Both the position numbers and the translations under genes were made by a program. Under the pieces are notes generated by a model that was not told the origin of the DNA, ran no database searches, and worked only from the letters and a program-made list of their open reading frames with translations. Below, piece after piece: positions 1-9,940 of a stretch of DNA of 49,258 nucleotides. Within the stretch, counting starts at the first letter, position 1; each line of letters starts with the position of its first letter. The DNA is from a virus (Duplodnaviria > Caudoviricetes): the IMG/VR virus record IMGVR_UViG_3300032320_002841, positions 1 to 49,258 of that record; one strand, given 5' to 3'.

Positions 1-1398
1 ATTACCTTCTTCCATTTCTTCATTACCTATTGCTAAAGCACTATCTAAGTAATCTTTTGATCCTTGTAAATAATTTTTAGCTAAAACAATTTTTGCTTGC
101 CACCAATGAGGAAAATCTACTTCACCCATATTATCTACAGCATTAACCATTTTGTATAATTCAGTAGCTTGTTTAGCAATTTGATATAATTCACCTTTAA
201 TCATACGAGGTTCATTATCTTGATGACCTAAATCTAAATCTTCACTTATAGCATTTTTTTTATTTTGGTATCTAATAGCTAGCTCTTTAGGATTATCAGC
301 TACATCATGAAATATCTTATCCATTATATCATCTATCCTATCTACTAAAAAATCAATATTGTCTATTTGCTCTTTACTAAAGTTTTCATTATCTAAAGCT
401 TTAAAAAGATCATTTACAGAAGTTCTACGTCCTAATTCACTTATAGTATTTTTTATAGCTTTATCAACTGATCCTTTATACTCTTTTTCAGGTGATTCTA
501 TTTCACCATCATCATCATAATCTTTATCAGCTAGTTTTTTAGCTTTTTTTTTAGCTTTAGCTTCAGCAACCATGTTTAATAGGTTTTCAAAAGCTATACC
601 AGTTGATTCAGCATATTTTCTTATTACTGCTTCCTGATCTTCATTCATTGGGAATGGATTGTAGCTTTCTTTTAATTTACCTTGAGTACGTGGGTTTACA
701 TCAGCTACTTTACCAGCATATTGACCATGTTCATCTAATCCTTTATCAGCAACATAATTTCTAAAATCTTCAACATAATCGTCTACTGTTTCAAATTTAT
801 CACCTGATTTTTCTAATGAAGTTAAGTATTGTTTTATTTCAGATTCACTACCTACATCAGCAAGTGCTTTTAATATTGCTCCTCTTGAAACAAATCCTCC
901 TTCAAATACTTCTCTAATTATATTTTTCTTACCTTTACCAATAGCATCCATTGATTTTTTGTTAATTTCAACAGTTTCATCACCATCAAATTTAACTCTA
1001 CCATACAGTTTTTCAGTATAGTATGAAGGATTTTTAGTAAGATTAGCTAATACTTTTTTCTGTGCTCTAAGTACATTACCTTCATCTAAATCTCCATCAG
1101 GTGCAGGTATATCTATAATTCCCAATTCATAATCCATACCACGAGCATATTCATATGGGTTAACCATATCAATAGTTTTAGCTATGATTTCTACATCTTG
1201 CTTTCCAGTAGATTGTTTAGACTCTTTAGAAGCTTTTTCTGAAATTATAGATTTGTTTTTAAGGATCTTAACTACATCATCAAATGAATTAGTAGGAGAG
1301 ATCATAGTAAGGTTTTGGTCTCTACGAGCTTCGTAAAGAAATTTTTGTTTGGTTACCTTACCATCTAAGTATTGGGTGTATAAATCTTGTATTGTCAT
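1..1398 (-). CDS. Partial (runs off left edge) multi-domain head-region protein, probable internal head/cargo protein
   Basis: Not in the ORF track because there is no stop in the window. ATG at 1398 opens [26 protein letters not shown]... and the frame stays open to base 1. Contains an EF-hand-like [16 protein letters not shown], a [13 protein letters not shown] helical module and many (L/I)xE sites. Late motif 3 nt upstream. Confidence 0.8.
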   Translation of the reverse strand, partial: MTIQDLYTQYLDGKVTKQKFLYEARRDQNLTMISPTNSFDDVVKILKNKSIISEKASKESKQSTGKQDVEIIAKTIDMVNPYEYARGMDYELGIIDIPAPDGDLDEGNVLRAQKKVLANLTKNPSYYTEKLYGRVKFDGDETVEINKKSMDAIGKGKKNIIREVFEGGFVSRGAILKALADVGSESEIKQYLTSLEKSGDKFETVDDYVEDFRNYVADKGLDEHGQYAGKVADVNPRTQGKLKESYNPFPMNEDQEAVIRKYAESTGIAFENLLNMVAEAKAKKKAKKLADKDYDDDGEIESPEKEYKGSVDKAIKNTISELGRRTSVNDLFKALDNENFSKEQIDNIDFLVDRIDDIMDKIFHDVADNPKELAIRYQNKKNAISEDLDLGHQDNEPRMIKGELYQIAKQATELYKMVNAVDNMGEVDFPHWWQAKIVLAKNYLQGSKDYLDSALAIGNEEMEEGN

Positions 1399-1401
1399 GG
1401 G

Positions 1402-1410
1402 TATAAATAT
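1402..1410 (-). promoter_or_regulatory. Putative late promoter ATATTTATA
   Basis: The same 9-mer lies in intergenic gaps upstream of structural genes (see the late-promoter finding). Confidence 0.6.
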
Positions 1411-1411
1411 T

Positions 1412-1561
1412 TTATTTACCTTGTCCTCTGTTTAGTTTTTTATAGTTTTTAGAACTTTTTAGTTTAGATGTTTTGCATTTGGCATGAACACCCGGTCTAG
1501 AAACTTTTGGTTTATCTACTTTAGTTGGAGTAGAACTAACCTTTGCTTTTGCTGCTGCCAT
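1412..1561 (-). CDS. Small very basic protein (49 aa), possible nucleic-acid-binding virion protein
   Basis: Missed by the ORF track. [49 protein letters not shown]; the ATG overlaps the upstream stop (TAATG). Confidence 0.7.
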   Translation of the reverse strand: MAAAKAKVSSTPTKVDKPKVSRPGVHAKCKTSKLKSSKNYKKLNRGQGK

Positions 1562-2292
1562 TATTCAGTTAAACCTTTAATTTTATTATTAATTTCTTGA
1601 ATTTTTTCGTTTATTTTAAATAATGCATTATGAGTACGTTTTAAGTAATTCATTTGTTCAGCATCACCTTTTAATTCGGTTTTCATACGAGAGGTAAATT
1701 CAACTAATTTGTTAATTTCATCTAACTTACGTTGGATTTCTTTAACACCCATATGTAATTGCTCTTGTGGCTTTCTATTTTTGGCCTCATTTTTAAATTG
1801 AGAATAACGTACTTCGTTAAGTGGTTCTTCTTTCTTTTTAGAAGATTTTTCGGAATCAACTATTTTAAATTTCACTAGTTCAAAATGTTTATCTGGGTTA
1901 GGTAAATCTTCGTGTCCTGATTTTGAAGTCTCGTGTTGTTTTTTAGGTTTTTTAAATGCTTTTGGAGTAGCGTATCCTATTCTTTCTTCAAGATGTTGCC
2001 CTTTCCATAAATCTTTAGCATCAATTCTTTCATTAGGTTTAACTACTTTAAAACCACCTTTAATATAAACTTTAGCCGAATCAGGCATTGATTCAAACCC
2101 AGTTGGTGAGTTAATATCTTGTGCAGTTTTGGGGCGAGCTGGGTTACGGTTAAAGACTTTATTAGCTGCTTCGTATTTAGGTTTAAAAGCTTTAATTCCT
2201 AAATATCCACCAGCATTACCAGAAGCTGATTCTTCATCAAGAAGTTCAGTTAGGTGTTTTAGGACTAATTCTCTTAACTTATTTTTATCCAT
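1561..2292 (-). CDS. Head-region protein with cargo-type leader and C-terminal coiled coil (possible prohead core protein)
   Basis: MDKNKLRELVLKHLTELLDE leader, repeated (T)PKAFK motifs, helical C-terminus; two genes downstream of the portal. Confidence 0.55.
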   Translation of the reverse strand: MDKNKLRELVLKHLTELLDEESASGNAGGYLGIKAFKPKYEAANKVFNRNPARPKTAQDINSPTGFESMPDSAKVYIKGGFKVVKPNERIDAKDLWKGQHLEERIGYATPKAFKKPKKQHETSKSGHEDLPNPDKHFELVKFKIVDSEKSSKKKEEPLNEVRYSQFKNEAKNRKPQEQLHMGVKEIQRKLDEINKLVEFTSRMKTELKGDAEQMNYLKRTHNALFKINEKIQEINNKIKGLTE

Positions 2293-3139
2293 TGTGGATT
2301 TTTGTTAATTCACTATGTAATTCTTGATATTGTAGTAGGGCAACTATATTATCGTCTTTTATAGTTTTAGATTCTAAAATAGGGTTAATAAGATTTATTG
2401 TCTCATTCACTTTAATTTTAATTGTAGCGTCCTCTATTTTAGGTAAGAATTTTAAAAGAGATTCTTTTAATGATGTGAATTTAGTATCCACATATTTTTT
2501 TAAATTAGTAGTATTAGAAATATTATTAATATATTCTTTTAACACATCTTTTTGATCATCAGATAATGTATTAAACCTTTCATTAAATTTTTCTAACATA
2601 ATTTTATAAACTAATGCACGAGTCCCTTTATCTAAAGTTTCAAACTCACTCACTGATGGTGGTGGTGGACTTATAGCATCAATTTGAGCTATATGTTCTA
2701 AAATGTTCATTTTAGAAGTTAAAATATCATCTAAATTTTTAGTAGGGGTTAAATTAGCTTCTAATAAAGTATAAGTTGAAGATAATAATTTATAATTATT
2801 AATTTTGGCTTTGAAAAAATCATCAATATCAAAATTAGCTTTAATTTCTTTAATTAAATTATATTTTTCTTTAACTAATTTGTTTCTATCTAAAGTTTTG
2901 TTTATTTCTAGAATTGTAGAAAGAATAGACTCAGCTTGGGCCTCACTAATATTTTGAGATTTTGATATCGATTGATACAGTTTGTTTTCTTTTGATAGTT
3001 CAGTATTAACAAAATACTTTTTAATTAAAGAAACAGCCTTAGAGTCTTGACTGGACATTGTATCAGCTGTAATCTTTCTTACAAGTAATTCAAATAATAT
3101 TCCAGTGTTTTTATATTTGTTGTGCTTTATATTAGCCAT
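2285..3139 (-). CDS. Conserved helical protein next to portal (possible prohead core/scaffold)
   Basis: 284-aa ORF immediately downstream of the portal with its own late motif; function inferred from position only. Confidence 0.45.
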   Translation of the reverse strand: MANIKHNKYKNTGILFELLVRKITADTMSSQDSKAVSLIKKYFVNTELSKENKLYQSISKSQNISEAQAESILSTILEINKTLDRNKLVKEKYNLIKEIKANFDIDDFFKAKINNYKLLSSTYTLLEANLTPTKNLDDILTSKMNILEHIAQIDAISPPPPSVSEFETLDKGTRALVYKIMLEKFNERFNTLSDDQKDVLKEYINNISNTTNLKKYVDTKFTSLKESLLKFLPKIEDATIKIKVNETINLINPILESKTIKDDNIVALLQYQELHSELTKIHNG

Positions 3140-3166
3140 TTATTCAATATATAGTTAACTACTAAT

Positions 3167-3175
3167 TATAAATAT
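3167..3175 (-). promoter_or_regulatory. Putative late promoter ATATTTATA
   Basis: Intergenic, 27 nt upstream of ATG 3139. Confidence 0.6.
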
Positions 3176-3180
3176 TAATT

Positions 3181-5112
3181 TTATTTATCTTCTTTTAGAA
3201 GGTTGTCCTCGTTTAATAAATCACTTTCCTCTTCAAATAAACTTACTTTACGTTTTGGAAACATATTCTTTAAATTATTGGAAATTTGATGATAAACCGC
3301 CTGTGTCCCCATATTTTCTAAAGCTAGAGGTGATCCACCTTTATATGCTGTTTTAAATCCTTTGGTTTCTGAGTCACCATTTTTCATTCCATCTCTACCT
3401 AATCTATCTTTACCAAATGGATTTTCTTGAGTATTAATATTTGATGCTTTTTCTCTAGGACGACCTAATACTTGATCAGGGTAAGTATCACCTGTTTCAC
3501 TATACCCTTTAGGCACACCTTCAGTACCTGGGTATCTACTTGGTCCATAAAGTGTAGCTAAAGTATGTGGTGTACCATAAGCTTCACCAGTTTTAGATGG
3601 ATCATTTCCTTCAGTTTCAATTTGATCTAATCTAAATTTACGTTTAGCGTCTTCAAGCATTAAGTCTCTATACTCATCGTATTGATCTTCACTAAAGTGG
3701 AAGATATTATCATAAACCCAATCAGTAGGAACAATTTTATTTTGGATTAGTTCAGTAGCTAATGCAGATTTCTCTTTCATTAATGCTACTTTTTCTTGTT
3801 CATATATGATTGAAGGGACAGTTAATGATAAATCAAAGTTTGTTAATGAATCACCATCATACCCTTGTGAGTACAAGTGAACTAAAGCAATTTTAGTTAA
3901 CTCAGATACTAGTATTCTTTGGATTCTTTCTACTGTACGAGCAAATCTAATATCTTCTGCGGCTAATGTAGCTTTACCTGTTAAATCTTTTTCAAACCCA
4001 AAATATGCTTTTGGTACTTTTAATGCTGCAAATAATTTATCTCTTAAGTATTGAACATCTTCAATAGCTGTATAATCTAAACCTTTTGTAGTTTCAATTC
4101 TAGTTGTTGCATCACCACCTCTTACAGGAATATAAAAATCCTCAAGAATGTTTTGCATATTATATTTTAAATTATACTCACCCGTTTCAGGATTCATATA
4201 TGGTGTTTTCTTCATCTTATTGATAGTACGCTGCATGAAGTTTTCTACTTCATTAGGTGGAATATTACCAACGTTAATAAAGAAAGTACGTTTTTCAGGT
4301 GCTCTTACAATACGATGTATTAACATCGCATCTTCCATCAATGTTAATTGTTTAAATATTTTACGAGCAGGTTCAATATAACTTCTACCATAAGGTAAAT
4401 AATTAAAATCAGATAGTAATCTGAAGTGAGCCATTTCGTAATTATCAAATACAATACCCTCACTTTGGTTACGAGTGTAACTAGAAATTGTTTGGGGGCC
4501 CATTGTAGATTGTTGAGACGAGAAAGTAGGATCGTATTTGAATTTTACTTCTTGTGGTTTTTCAGGATTTCTACCTTCCAATCTTAATATTGAATAAGAA
4601 GAGAATGGTATTACATTATAAACACCAAATTTTTCTGAGATTTCTAATTTAAGATAGAAATCACCATACTTACACATGTTACGAGTCCATGACCAAAGAT
4701 TAAATTCAATATTTAGTACATCGTAAAATAAATTGTAAAGAATTTTTTGTATTGTTTCATCAGAAGAACGTATTTGTAATACTTCTCCTAAGTCATTTCT
4801 CAAACAAGTTTCATCAGCTAAAATATCTAATGTAGAAGCAATAATAGAATCACTATCCATTAATTCATAATCAGTGTATAACTGAATACGTGTAGTAGGG
4901 TAAGATAAATCGTTGTTAAAGTTAAAATTTAGTCCACCTGTTGTAGTGTATACTTTATTGTATCTATCATAAAGTGAGTTCGTTTGGATAGTACCAAGTT
5001 GTTGGATACGATCAGTATCCATTACTTTTAATTGATTACCTCCAACGTTTCTTATTATAACGTCAGTTGAAAATAATCGTTGTAATCTACCAAAAAATGA
5101 AGTATCTACCAT
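3181..5112 (-). CDS. Portal protein (T4 gp20-like)
   Basis: Motifs typical of the gp20 family: KQLTLMEDAMLIHRIVRAPEKRTFFINVGNIP, EDFYIPVRGG, LFAALKVPK, EDIRFARTVERIQ; adjacent to terminase. Confidence 0.93.
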   Translation of the reverse strand: MVDTSFFGRLQRLFSTDVIIRNVGGNQLKVMDTDRIQQLGTIQTNSLYDRYNKVYTTTGGLNFNFNNDLSYPTTRIQLYTDYELMDSDSIIASTLDILADETCLRNDLGEVLQIRSSDETIQKILYNLFYDVLNIEFNLWSWTRNMCKYGDFYLKLEISEKFGVYNVIPFSSYSILRLEGRNPEKPQEVKFKYDPTFSSQQSTMGPQTISSYTRNQSEGIVFDNYEMAHFRLLSDFNYLPYGRSYIEPARKIFKQLTLMEDAMLIHRIVRAPEKRTFFINVGNIPPNEVENFMQRTINKMKKTPYMNPETGEYNLKYNMQNILEDFYIPVRGGDATTRIETTKGLDYTAIEDVQYLRDKLFAALKVPKAYFGFEKDLTGKATLAAEDIRFARTVERIQRILVSELTKIALVHLYSQGYDGDSLTNFDLSLTVPSIIYEQEKVALMKEKSALATELIQNKIVPTDWVYDNIFHFSEDQYDEYRDLMLEDAKRKFRLDQIETEGNDPSKTGEAYGTPHTLATLYGPSRYPGTEGVPKGYSETGDTYPDQVLGRPREKASNINTQENPFGKDRLGRDGMKNGDSETKGFKTAYKGGSPLALENMGTQAVYHQISNNLKNMFPKRKVSLFEEESDLLNEDNLLKEDK

Positions 5113-5129
5113 AAAATTCTATTATATAT

Positions 5130-5138
5130 TATAAATAT
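5130..5138 (-). promoter_or_regulatory. Putative late promoter ATATTTATA
   Basis: Intergenic, 17 nt upstream of the portal ATG. Confidence 0.6.
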
Positions 5139-5144
5139 TTGAAA

Positions 5145-6749
5145 TTAACCGAGAAGCCAACTTAAGTCCTCTGTTCCACCTTTACCATCATCCATTTTAT
5201 ATGGATTATCATTTTGATGGCTATACGAAAACACTCCAGGTGCTTGTTGGTTTGAAACACCAAAACTACCTAAAGTAGCTCTAGTTAAATCTAGACCTTG
5301 TTGTCTAAAACGTAATGCTGTATCTCTCAGGAATAAACCAATGGAAAACGACATTACCAAGTCATCGTTATACCCTGATTGGGATTGGGCTTTACCATTT
5401 TTCCAAACGAATACTCTTAATTCATCCATCAATCTACGAGATTGAAAAACAACTGATCTTTCTTGAAGGTACGAAACTAATTTTGAGACACAAAGTGGTC
5501 TTGTTTTCATTGATGTTGTAAAACCTGGTATCATTCCTTGTCCATTTTCCATTCTTGCTAATTGATTTTCATTAGCACCCATTGTGGTATCGGATTTAGA
5601 GGAATAATATAGGTTTCTATAACCTCTATCTATTAATTGTTCAATTACACTCCAACCAATATTAGCATTTTCTACTACTAGTAAAGCATCATTATATTCA
5701 GTTGCTATTGAAAATAATATATGAGCATAATCTTTAGTTTGAACTTGTGATTTAAATTCAGCTACTTGTTTAGCTTCAGCTACATCAAAAATATGAAATG
5801 CAGAGTAGTCAGTTCCATCTCCACGAGCAACGTCGGCTACTACCATATATGATTTAGAGTAATCAGGTAGTTCCCAAATCCATAAATCACCACCTGGTCC
5901 TCTTCTTTCAATTGGATCTGAAATATAAGTGGATTCGTAAAAGTTAAGTAAATCTGGTTCAATAACTGTATCCCCTGAGGTACTAAAATCACAATCACAT
6001 TCTTGTGCTGCATGTCTTAGTCCTAAAATTTCGTCTTGAGCATCTCTCCAGGATTGATCTCGTTCAGGATGAACGGTCCAAGGTAATTTTAAAGGAACAA
6101 ATTTATTTTCTTTGGCTTGTGCTTTAGTAAAAGATCTATGAAACCAGTTACCTGTACCATAAGGTGTAGATAATGCTAAACATTGTCCTCCAGTAGCTAG
6201 GGTTTGTTGTGCTGAAGCGAAAATTTCATCAATACCTTCAATAAAAGCAGCCTCATCAATAATAAGAAAAGAAACGGCTTCTGAACGACCTGCATCCGCT
6301 GTAGCACCAACTGCTTTAATTTGTGAACCATTAGTTAATTTAAGTGATAACTTATTATTTTCTGATGGTTTATCACCTGTTTTTAACCATTTAGGTAAAT
6401 TATCGTATGCAAAACGTACTTTAGTTACCATGTTTTTAGCAGTTTCTTGTTTAGTTGCTATACACAGTACGTTTTTATCTTTATTAAATAACATTAACCA
6501 CAAAGAATAGGCTGAGGCTAATGTTGATATACCTAATTGTCTTGATTTATTAATAATTGTATACTCATTCTTTTGAAGTTGGTGTAGTACTTTTTCTTGG
6601 AATGGGAATAAATTAAATTGGATTCTACCTCTTTGTGGGTGTTGAATCCAATAATATTTTTTCATAAAATAGACTGGGTCCTGCGCACAGCGGACCCACT
6701 CTTGTTTTATCATTTCCTTTAAAGGAATTGGATTTTGATTTTCGGACAT
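5145..6749 (-). CDS. terL: Terminase large subunit (T4 gp17-like)
   Basis: Walker A-like KSRQLGIST, Walker B LIIDEAAF, motif III LSTPYG, RNase H-like nuclease VVADVARGDGTDYSAF and NDDLVMS. Confidence 0.95.
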   Translation of the reverse strand: MSENQNPIPLKEMIKQEWVRCAQDPVYFMKKYYWIQHPQRGRIQFNLFPFQEKVLHQLQKNEYTIINKSRQLGISTLASAYSLWLMLFNKDKNVLCIATKQETAKNMVTKVRFAYDNLPKWLKTGDKPSENNKLSLKLTNGSQIKAVGATADAGRSEAVSFLIIDEAAFIEGIDEIFASAQQTLATGGQCLALSTPYGTGNWFHRSFTKAQAKENKFVPLKLPWTVHPERDQSWRDAQDEILGLRHAAQECDCDFSTSGDTVIEPDLLNFYESTYISDPIERRGPGGDLWIWELPDYSKSYMVVADVARGDGTDYSAFHIFDVAEAKQVAEFKSQVQTKDYAHILFSIATEYNDALLVVENANIGWSVIEQLIDRGYRNLYYSSKSDTTMGANENQLARMENGQGMIPGFTTSMKTRPLCVSKLVSYLQERSVVFQSRRLMDELRVFVWKNGKAQSQSGYNDDLVMSFSIGLFLRDTALRFRQQGLDLTRATLGSFGVSNQQAPGVFSYSHQNDNPYKMDDGKGGTEDLSWLLG

Positions 6750-6766
6750 AACTTATTTTTGGTTTA

Positions 6767-7741
6767 TTAAAGATTTACATCTCCATTATCTATTAAATCA
6801 TCAGCAGTTTGTGTTTTTGGTGCTTTGAATACTTTAGCTTCTAATGATTTTTTTTCAGCAGTTAAGTCTTTTAATTGAGCTACAATAGCAGCTTCTTTAG
6901 CAGTACCTTTAGCAGCTTGATAAGCAGGAATTAAAGCTTTCATTTCTTTAGTTACTTGAGCTAATTTTTCAGCAGCAGTACCTAATCTTTTATTACCTTT
7001 AGCAGCTTTTCTTGCAGCCATTTCATCAGCAATATCTTCTGCATCTCCACCATCAATGAAAGTAGAAGAAACTGGTTTTTCATCTGCTGTAGGATTTGTA
7101 ATTCTTAATTTAGGTGATTTTTCTGCTTTTACTTTTGGTTCAGCAGCTGGTTTATCAGGATTTGCTTGTTTTCCTGGTTTATTTGGTGTTTTACCTAATA
7201 AATCATTAGCAGCATTTTTTTCAATAGTATTTGTAGAAAATACTGGGTTTAGATCTAATTCAACTGATAAATCTTCAAAATAATCTTTAGATGGGAGATT
7301 TTTCTTAAAAACTGAACCAAATCCTTTTAATCTACCATCATCAGTAATTTGGGCTGTTGCAGAATCAAATTGGTTAAGTGCTGCTTTATAGGCATTTTGT
7401 ACAATATCTAATTTTTCTTGATCTCCTGGGGCATTACGATCTTTTAAAGCTGTTGTAATTTGTCTTACACTAGCTGCTTCTTCTAATCCTTCGGGCTCTT
7501 CTAAACTACCTGGATTTGGTAATTTAATGCTATTAATTTCATTATTACAATATCTAATAATAGAATTTAAATAATCGATTATATCATCATTACTATCCCA
7601 ATCACCATTTAATATATCATTATCAATGTCATCATAGATTCCTAGTCTTTCTACTTCCATTTCTTGGAGAGAAGATTCATAATTTTCTGTTAATAAAAGA
7701 TCTCTGAATTTACGTAGATCAAAATTACCGTTAATATCCAT
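6767..7741 (-). CDS. Hypothetical protein with cargo-type leader
   Basis: MDINGNFDLRKFRDLLLTE leader, acidic N-terminal part, Lys/Ala-rich helical C-terminus; late motif upstream. Confidence 0.55.
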   Translation of the reverse strand: MDINGNFDLRKFRDLLLTENYESSLQEMEVERLGIYDDIDNDILNGDWDSNDDIIDYLNSIIRYCNNEINSIKLPNPGSLEEPEGLEEAASVRQITTALKDRNAPGDQEKLDIVQNAYKAALNQFDSATAQITDDGRLKGFGSVFKKNLPSKDYFEDLSVELDLNPVFSTNTIEKNAANDLLGKTPNKPGKQANPDKPAAEPKVKAEKSPKLRITNPTADEKPVSSTFIDGGDAEDIADEMAARKAAKGNKRLGTAAEKLAQVTKEMKALIPAYQAAKGTAKEAAIVAQLKDLTAEKKSLEAKVFKAPKTQTADDLIDNGDVNL

Positions 7742-7773
7742 TTTGTTATTATTTTTTTAAATTAGTATTTTAA

Positions 7774-7782
7774 TATAAATAT
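7774..7782 (-). promoter_or_regulatory. Putative late promoter ATATTTATA
   Basis: Abuts the stop of 7782..8312, 32 nt upstream of ATG 7741. Confidence 0.55.
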
Positions 7783-8312
7783 TACAAAGAAATAACTTCT
7801 AATATTTGTTTAATACGTTCCTCAGTTGTACCTGATATCATATGGAAATTTTTAATTCTATGATTATATAATTGGTAAAATCCTTTAATAGTGTAATCAA
7901 TTTGATCTCTGTATTCTGCATTAGTTTCTCGTACACCATTATTTTCTATCTCTACTCCTTCAGGAGAAATGTAAAAAATATAATCATATTCATTAATAAA
8001 ATTACGAGCATATTCTTCAAATGAAGTTTTATCAGCTTGATTTATTGACTTAGCATTTTGTGTAAAAGCCATTACATCAATAACTGTTCGATCAGTAATT
8101 AAATTTTCATTAATTAATTCACTAGCTCTCTCAGCTAAAAATACAGTTTGACCTTTTAATGTAGAATCTGTATTTAATGGAATACCTAAATCTCTTAAAT
8201 ATTTACTACGTTCAGTAGCAAATTTATAGTCTTTGAATTGTGGTAATTCTTTTAAAGCATTTACTAATGTAGTTTTCCCGACACTGACTGTGCCACATAA
8301 CCCTATTTTCAT
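7782..8312 (-). CDS. P-loop nucleotide kinase/ATPase (AAA_28, NadR-kinase-like)
   Basis: MKIGLCGTVSVGKTTL Walker A, LITDRTVID, YDYIFYI...ENNGVR pattern of NadR-type/dNMP kinase folds. Confidence 0.75.
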   Translation of the reverse strand: MKIGLCGTVSVGKTTLVNALKELPQFKDYKFATERSKYLRDLGIPLNTDSTLKGQTVFLAERASELINENLITDRTVIDVMAFTQNAKSINQADKTSFEEYARNFINEYDYIFYISPEGVEIENNGVRETNAEYRDQIDYTIKGFYQLYNHRIKNFHMISGTTEERIKQILEVISL

Positions 8313-8313
8313 A

Positions 8314-8556
8314 TTAAAATCTTGATTTTACTTGTGGATTTTTATCTGGTGGTACTCCGTTTCTATCTTTACGTGCTTCAATCCATTCATCTTTAGTATA
8401 TTGAAAACCATATAAATAATATTCGTCTTTCTTTTTTTCACTTTTTGGATACTTTAATGCGGGTCCATCCCAGTTATGAAGTTGTCCATTAAAATACGTA
8501 ATTGTTCTACCATCTGTAGAAGTAAATGTTCTTGTTTTATAATCTTTATTTTCCAT
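8314..8556 (-). CDS. Small protein with LHxxDGPA motif
   Basis: GQLHNWDGPALKYP...EYYLYG motif, common in phage hypothetical proteins. Confidence 0.55.
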   Translation of the reverse strand: MENKDYKTRTFTSTDGRTITYFNGQLHNWDGPALKYPKSEKKKDEYYLYGFQYTKDEWIEARKDRNGVPPDKNPQVKSRF

Positions 8557-8569
8557 AATATACGAAATT

Positions 8570-9877
8570 TTAGTTGTATTTCAAAATGTCTTCTGCCACA
8601 TAAATACCTTGTGCACCACTCACTGTTATACCTCTAGCACTTAAAGCATCACCAACAAAATGTACGTTTGGATACTTGGTCAGAGCTAAATTAGTATAAT
8701 CAACGAGTGGCTCAGGTGATAAGTATTTTACTTCAGGTATGTAAATACCCCAATCATCTTTTAATGTTGGGAATACTTTTTTCATATCATCAATAAATTC
8801 ATCTATGTAGTTAAAATAACCTTCAAATGTTTTTCTCACACTAACCATATCAGCATCGTTTATTTGAAAAGCATCTACTAATTCTCCTTCTGAAGTTAGT
8901 GATGGTTTACGAGAAGGTGAATAATATAATCCTCTATTATCTATAGATTGTAGTTGTTTTACAACATCTCTACTCCAAGTAAATGGATCTTCAATACCAT
9001 TTAATTCCATAATAATACCAAAGTTAGTCATATCGTTTCGATAACGTTCATCTTTTTTAGCATGACCATTGTAAGTATAATTTCCGTATGTTTCTTCTAC
9101 AGCAACATAAGCAGCATTATTATTAGTACAGAATGAACGTAGTGATACTCCTTTATCATCAAATTTTCTATACAATTTAAAATCATATGAAATATCAATT
9201 AATTTTTGAAAATGGTGTTGTGGTGCTTCAAAACGAACACCAATTTGTACTGATTTAGGTTCAGTTGGTAATTCATATTGATCTGCTAATTGTTTACCAA
9301 AATCAATTCCTGATTTACCTACAGCAAATATAAGTTCATCGTATGATTCCCATACATGACCTGTTCCGTCCATAGAAACCCATTGTTTTTCAAAATTAAT
9401 AGAGGTTACTTTTTTCTCCCAAACAAATCTTACCCCATTATCAACTAAATATGAGTACCAATTTTTAGCAATTTCTAATAGATAATCTGTTCCAACATGC
9501 CATACAGGAAACAATCTTAAACCAAAGTATGGTTTAATAAAGTCAGGTTCAGCATCAGGATTTGAACATTGTACCTCTTCAGGTTTAGGATGAAAACGTT
9601 TAAAGTTAGTAATAACTTGATCCATCAATTCCATGGCTTTATCTTCACCACAGTATTTTTTTAATTGACCTCCAATGGCTGTATGATATGTTAATTTACC
9701 ATCTGACCAACCACCTGCACCTAACATGCCAGTCATTACTTCACTAGGTAATCGTTTATGAGGATCTTTCCCCATATCAATAATAGTGATTTTACCTTTA
9801 TAGTTGTTATCTATTAGTTTAGTTGCAGCATTAATACCTGCTACACCTGCACCTACAATTACAATGTTTTTACTCAT
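8570..9877 (-). CDS. FAD/NAD(P)-dependent oxidoreductase (COG2509-like), auxiliary metabolic gene
   Basis: Rossmann IVIVGAGVAG, GMLGAGGWSDGKL, IGVRFE, RSFCTN, C-terminal HFVGD...RGITVSGAQG. Confidence 0.85.
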   Translation of the reverse strand: MSKNIVIVGAGVAGINAATKLIDNNYKGKITIIDMGKDPHKRLPSEVMTGMLGAGGWSDGKLTYHTAIGGQLKKYCGEDKAMELMDQVITNFKRFHPKPEEVQCSNPDAEPDFIKPYFGLRLFPVWHVGTDYLLEIAKNWYSYLVDNGVRFVWEKKVTSINFEKQWVSMDGTGHVWESYDELIFAVGKSGIDFGKQLADQYELPTEPKSVQIGVRFEAPQHHFQKLIDISYDFKLYRKFDDKGVSLRSFCTNNNAAYVAVEETYGNYTYNGHAKKDERYRNDMTNFGIIMELNGIEDPFTWSRDVVKQLQSIDNRGLYYSPSRKPSLTSEGELVDAFQINDADMVSVRKTFEGYFNYIDEFIDDMKKVFPTLKDDWGIYIPEVKYLSPEPLVDYTNLALTKYPNVHFVGDALSARGITVSGAQGIYVAEDILKYN

Positions 9878-9897
9878 GTTTATAATTTTTGAACTGT

Positions 9898-9929
9898 TAA
9901 ATATATGAAAAAAAAGGCGCTAATCCAAA
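9898..9929 (-). promoter_or_regulatory. Bacteroidota-type sigma70 promoter (-33 TTTG, -7 TATATTTA)
   Basis: TTTG-N20-TATATTTA, 20 nt upstream of the oxidoreductase ATG; overlaps the terminator. Confidence 0.65.
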
Positions 9930-9940
9930 TGATTGACGCC
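9908..9940 (-). terminator. Intrinsic terminator
   Basis: GGCGUCAAUC-AUUUG-GAUUAGCGCC stem (one G-U pair, one mismatch) followed by U8. Confidence 0.75.

Noticed and set aside
8555-8585. Host-type promoter TTTG-N19-TATATTAT before the 80-aa ORF
   Set aside because: The -7 box overlaps the start codon, so it could not transcribe this ORF intact; left unannotated.
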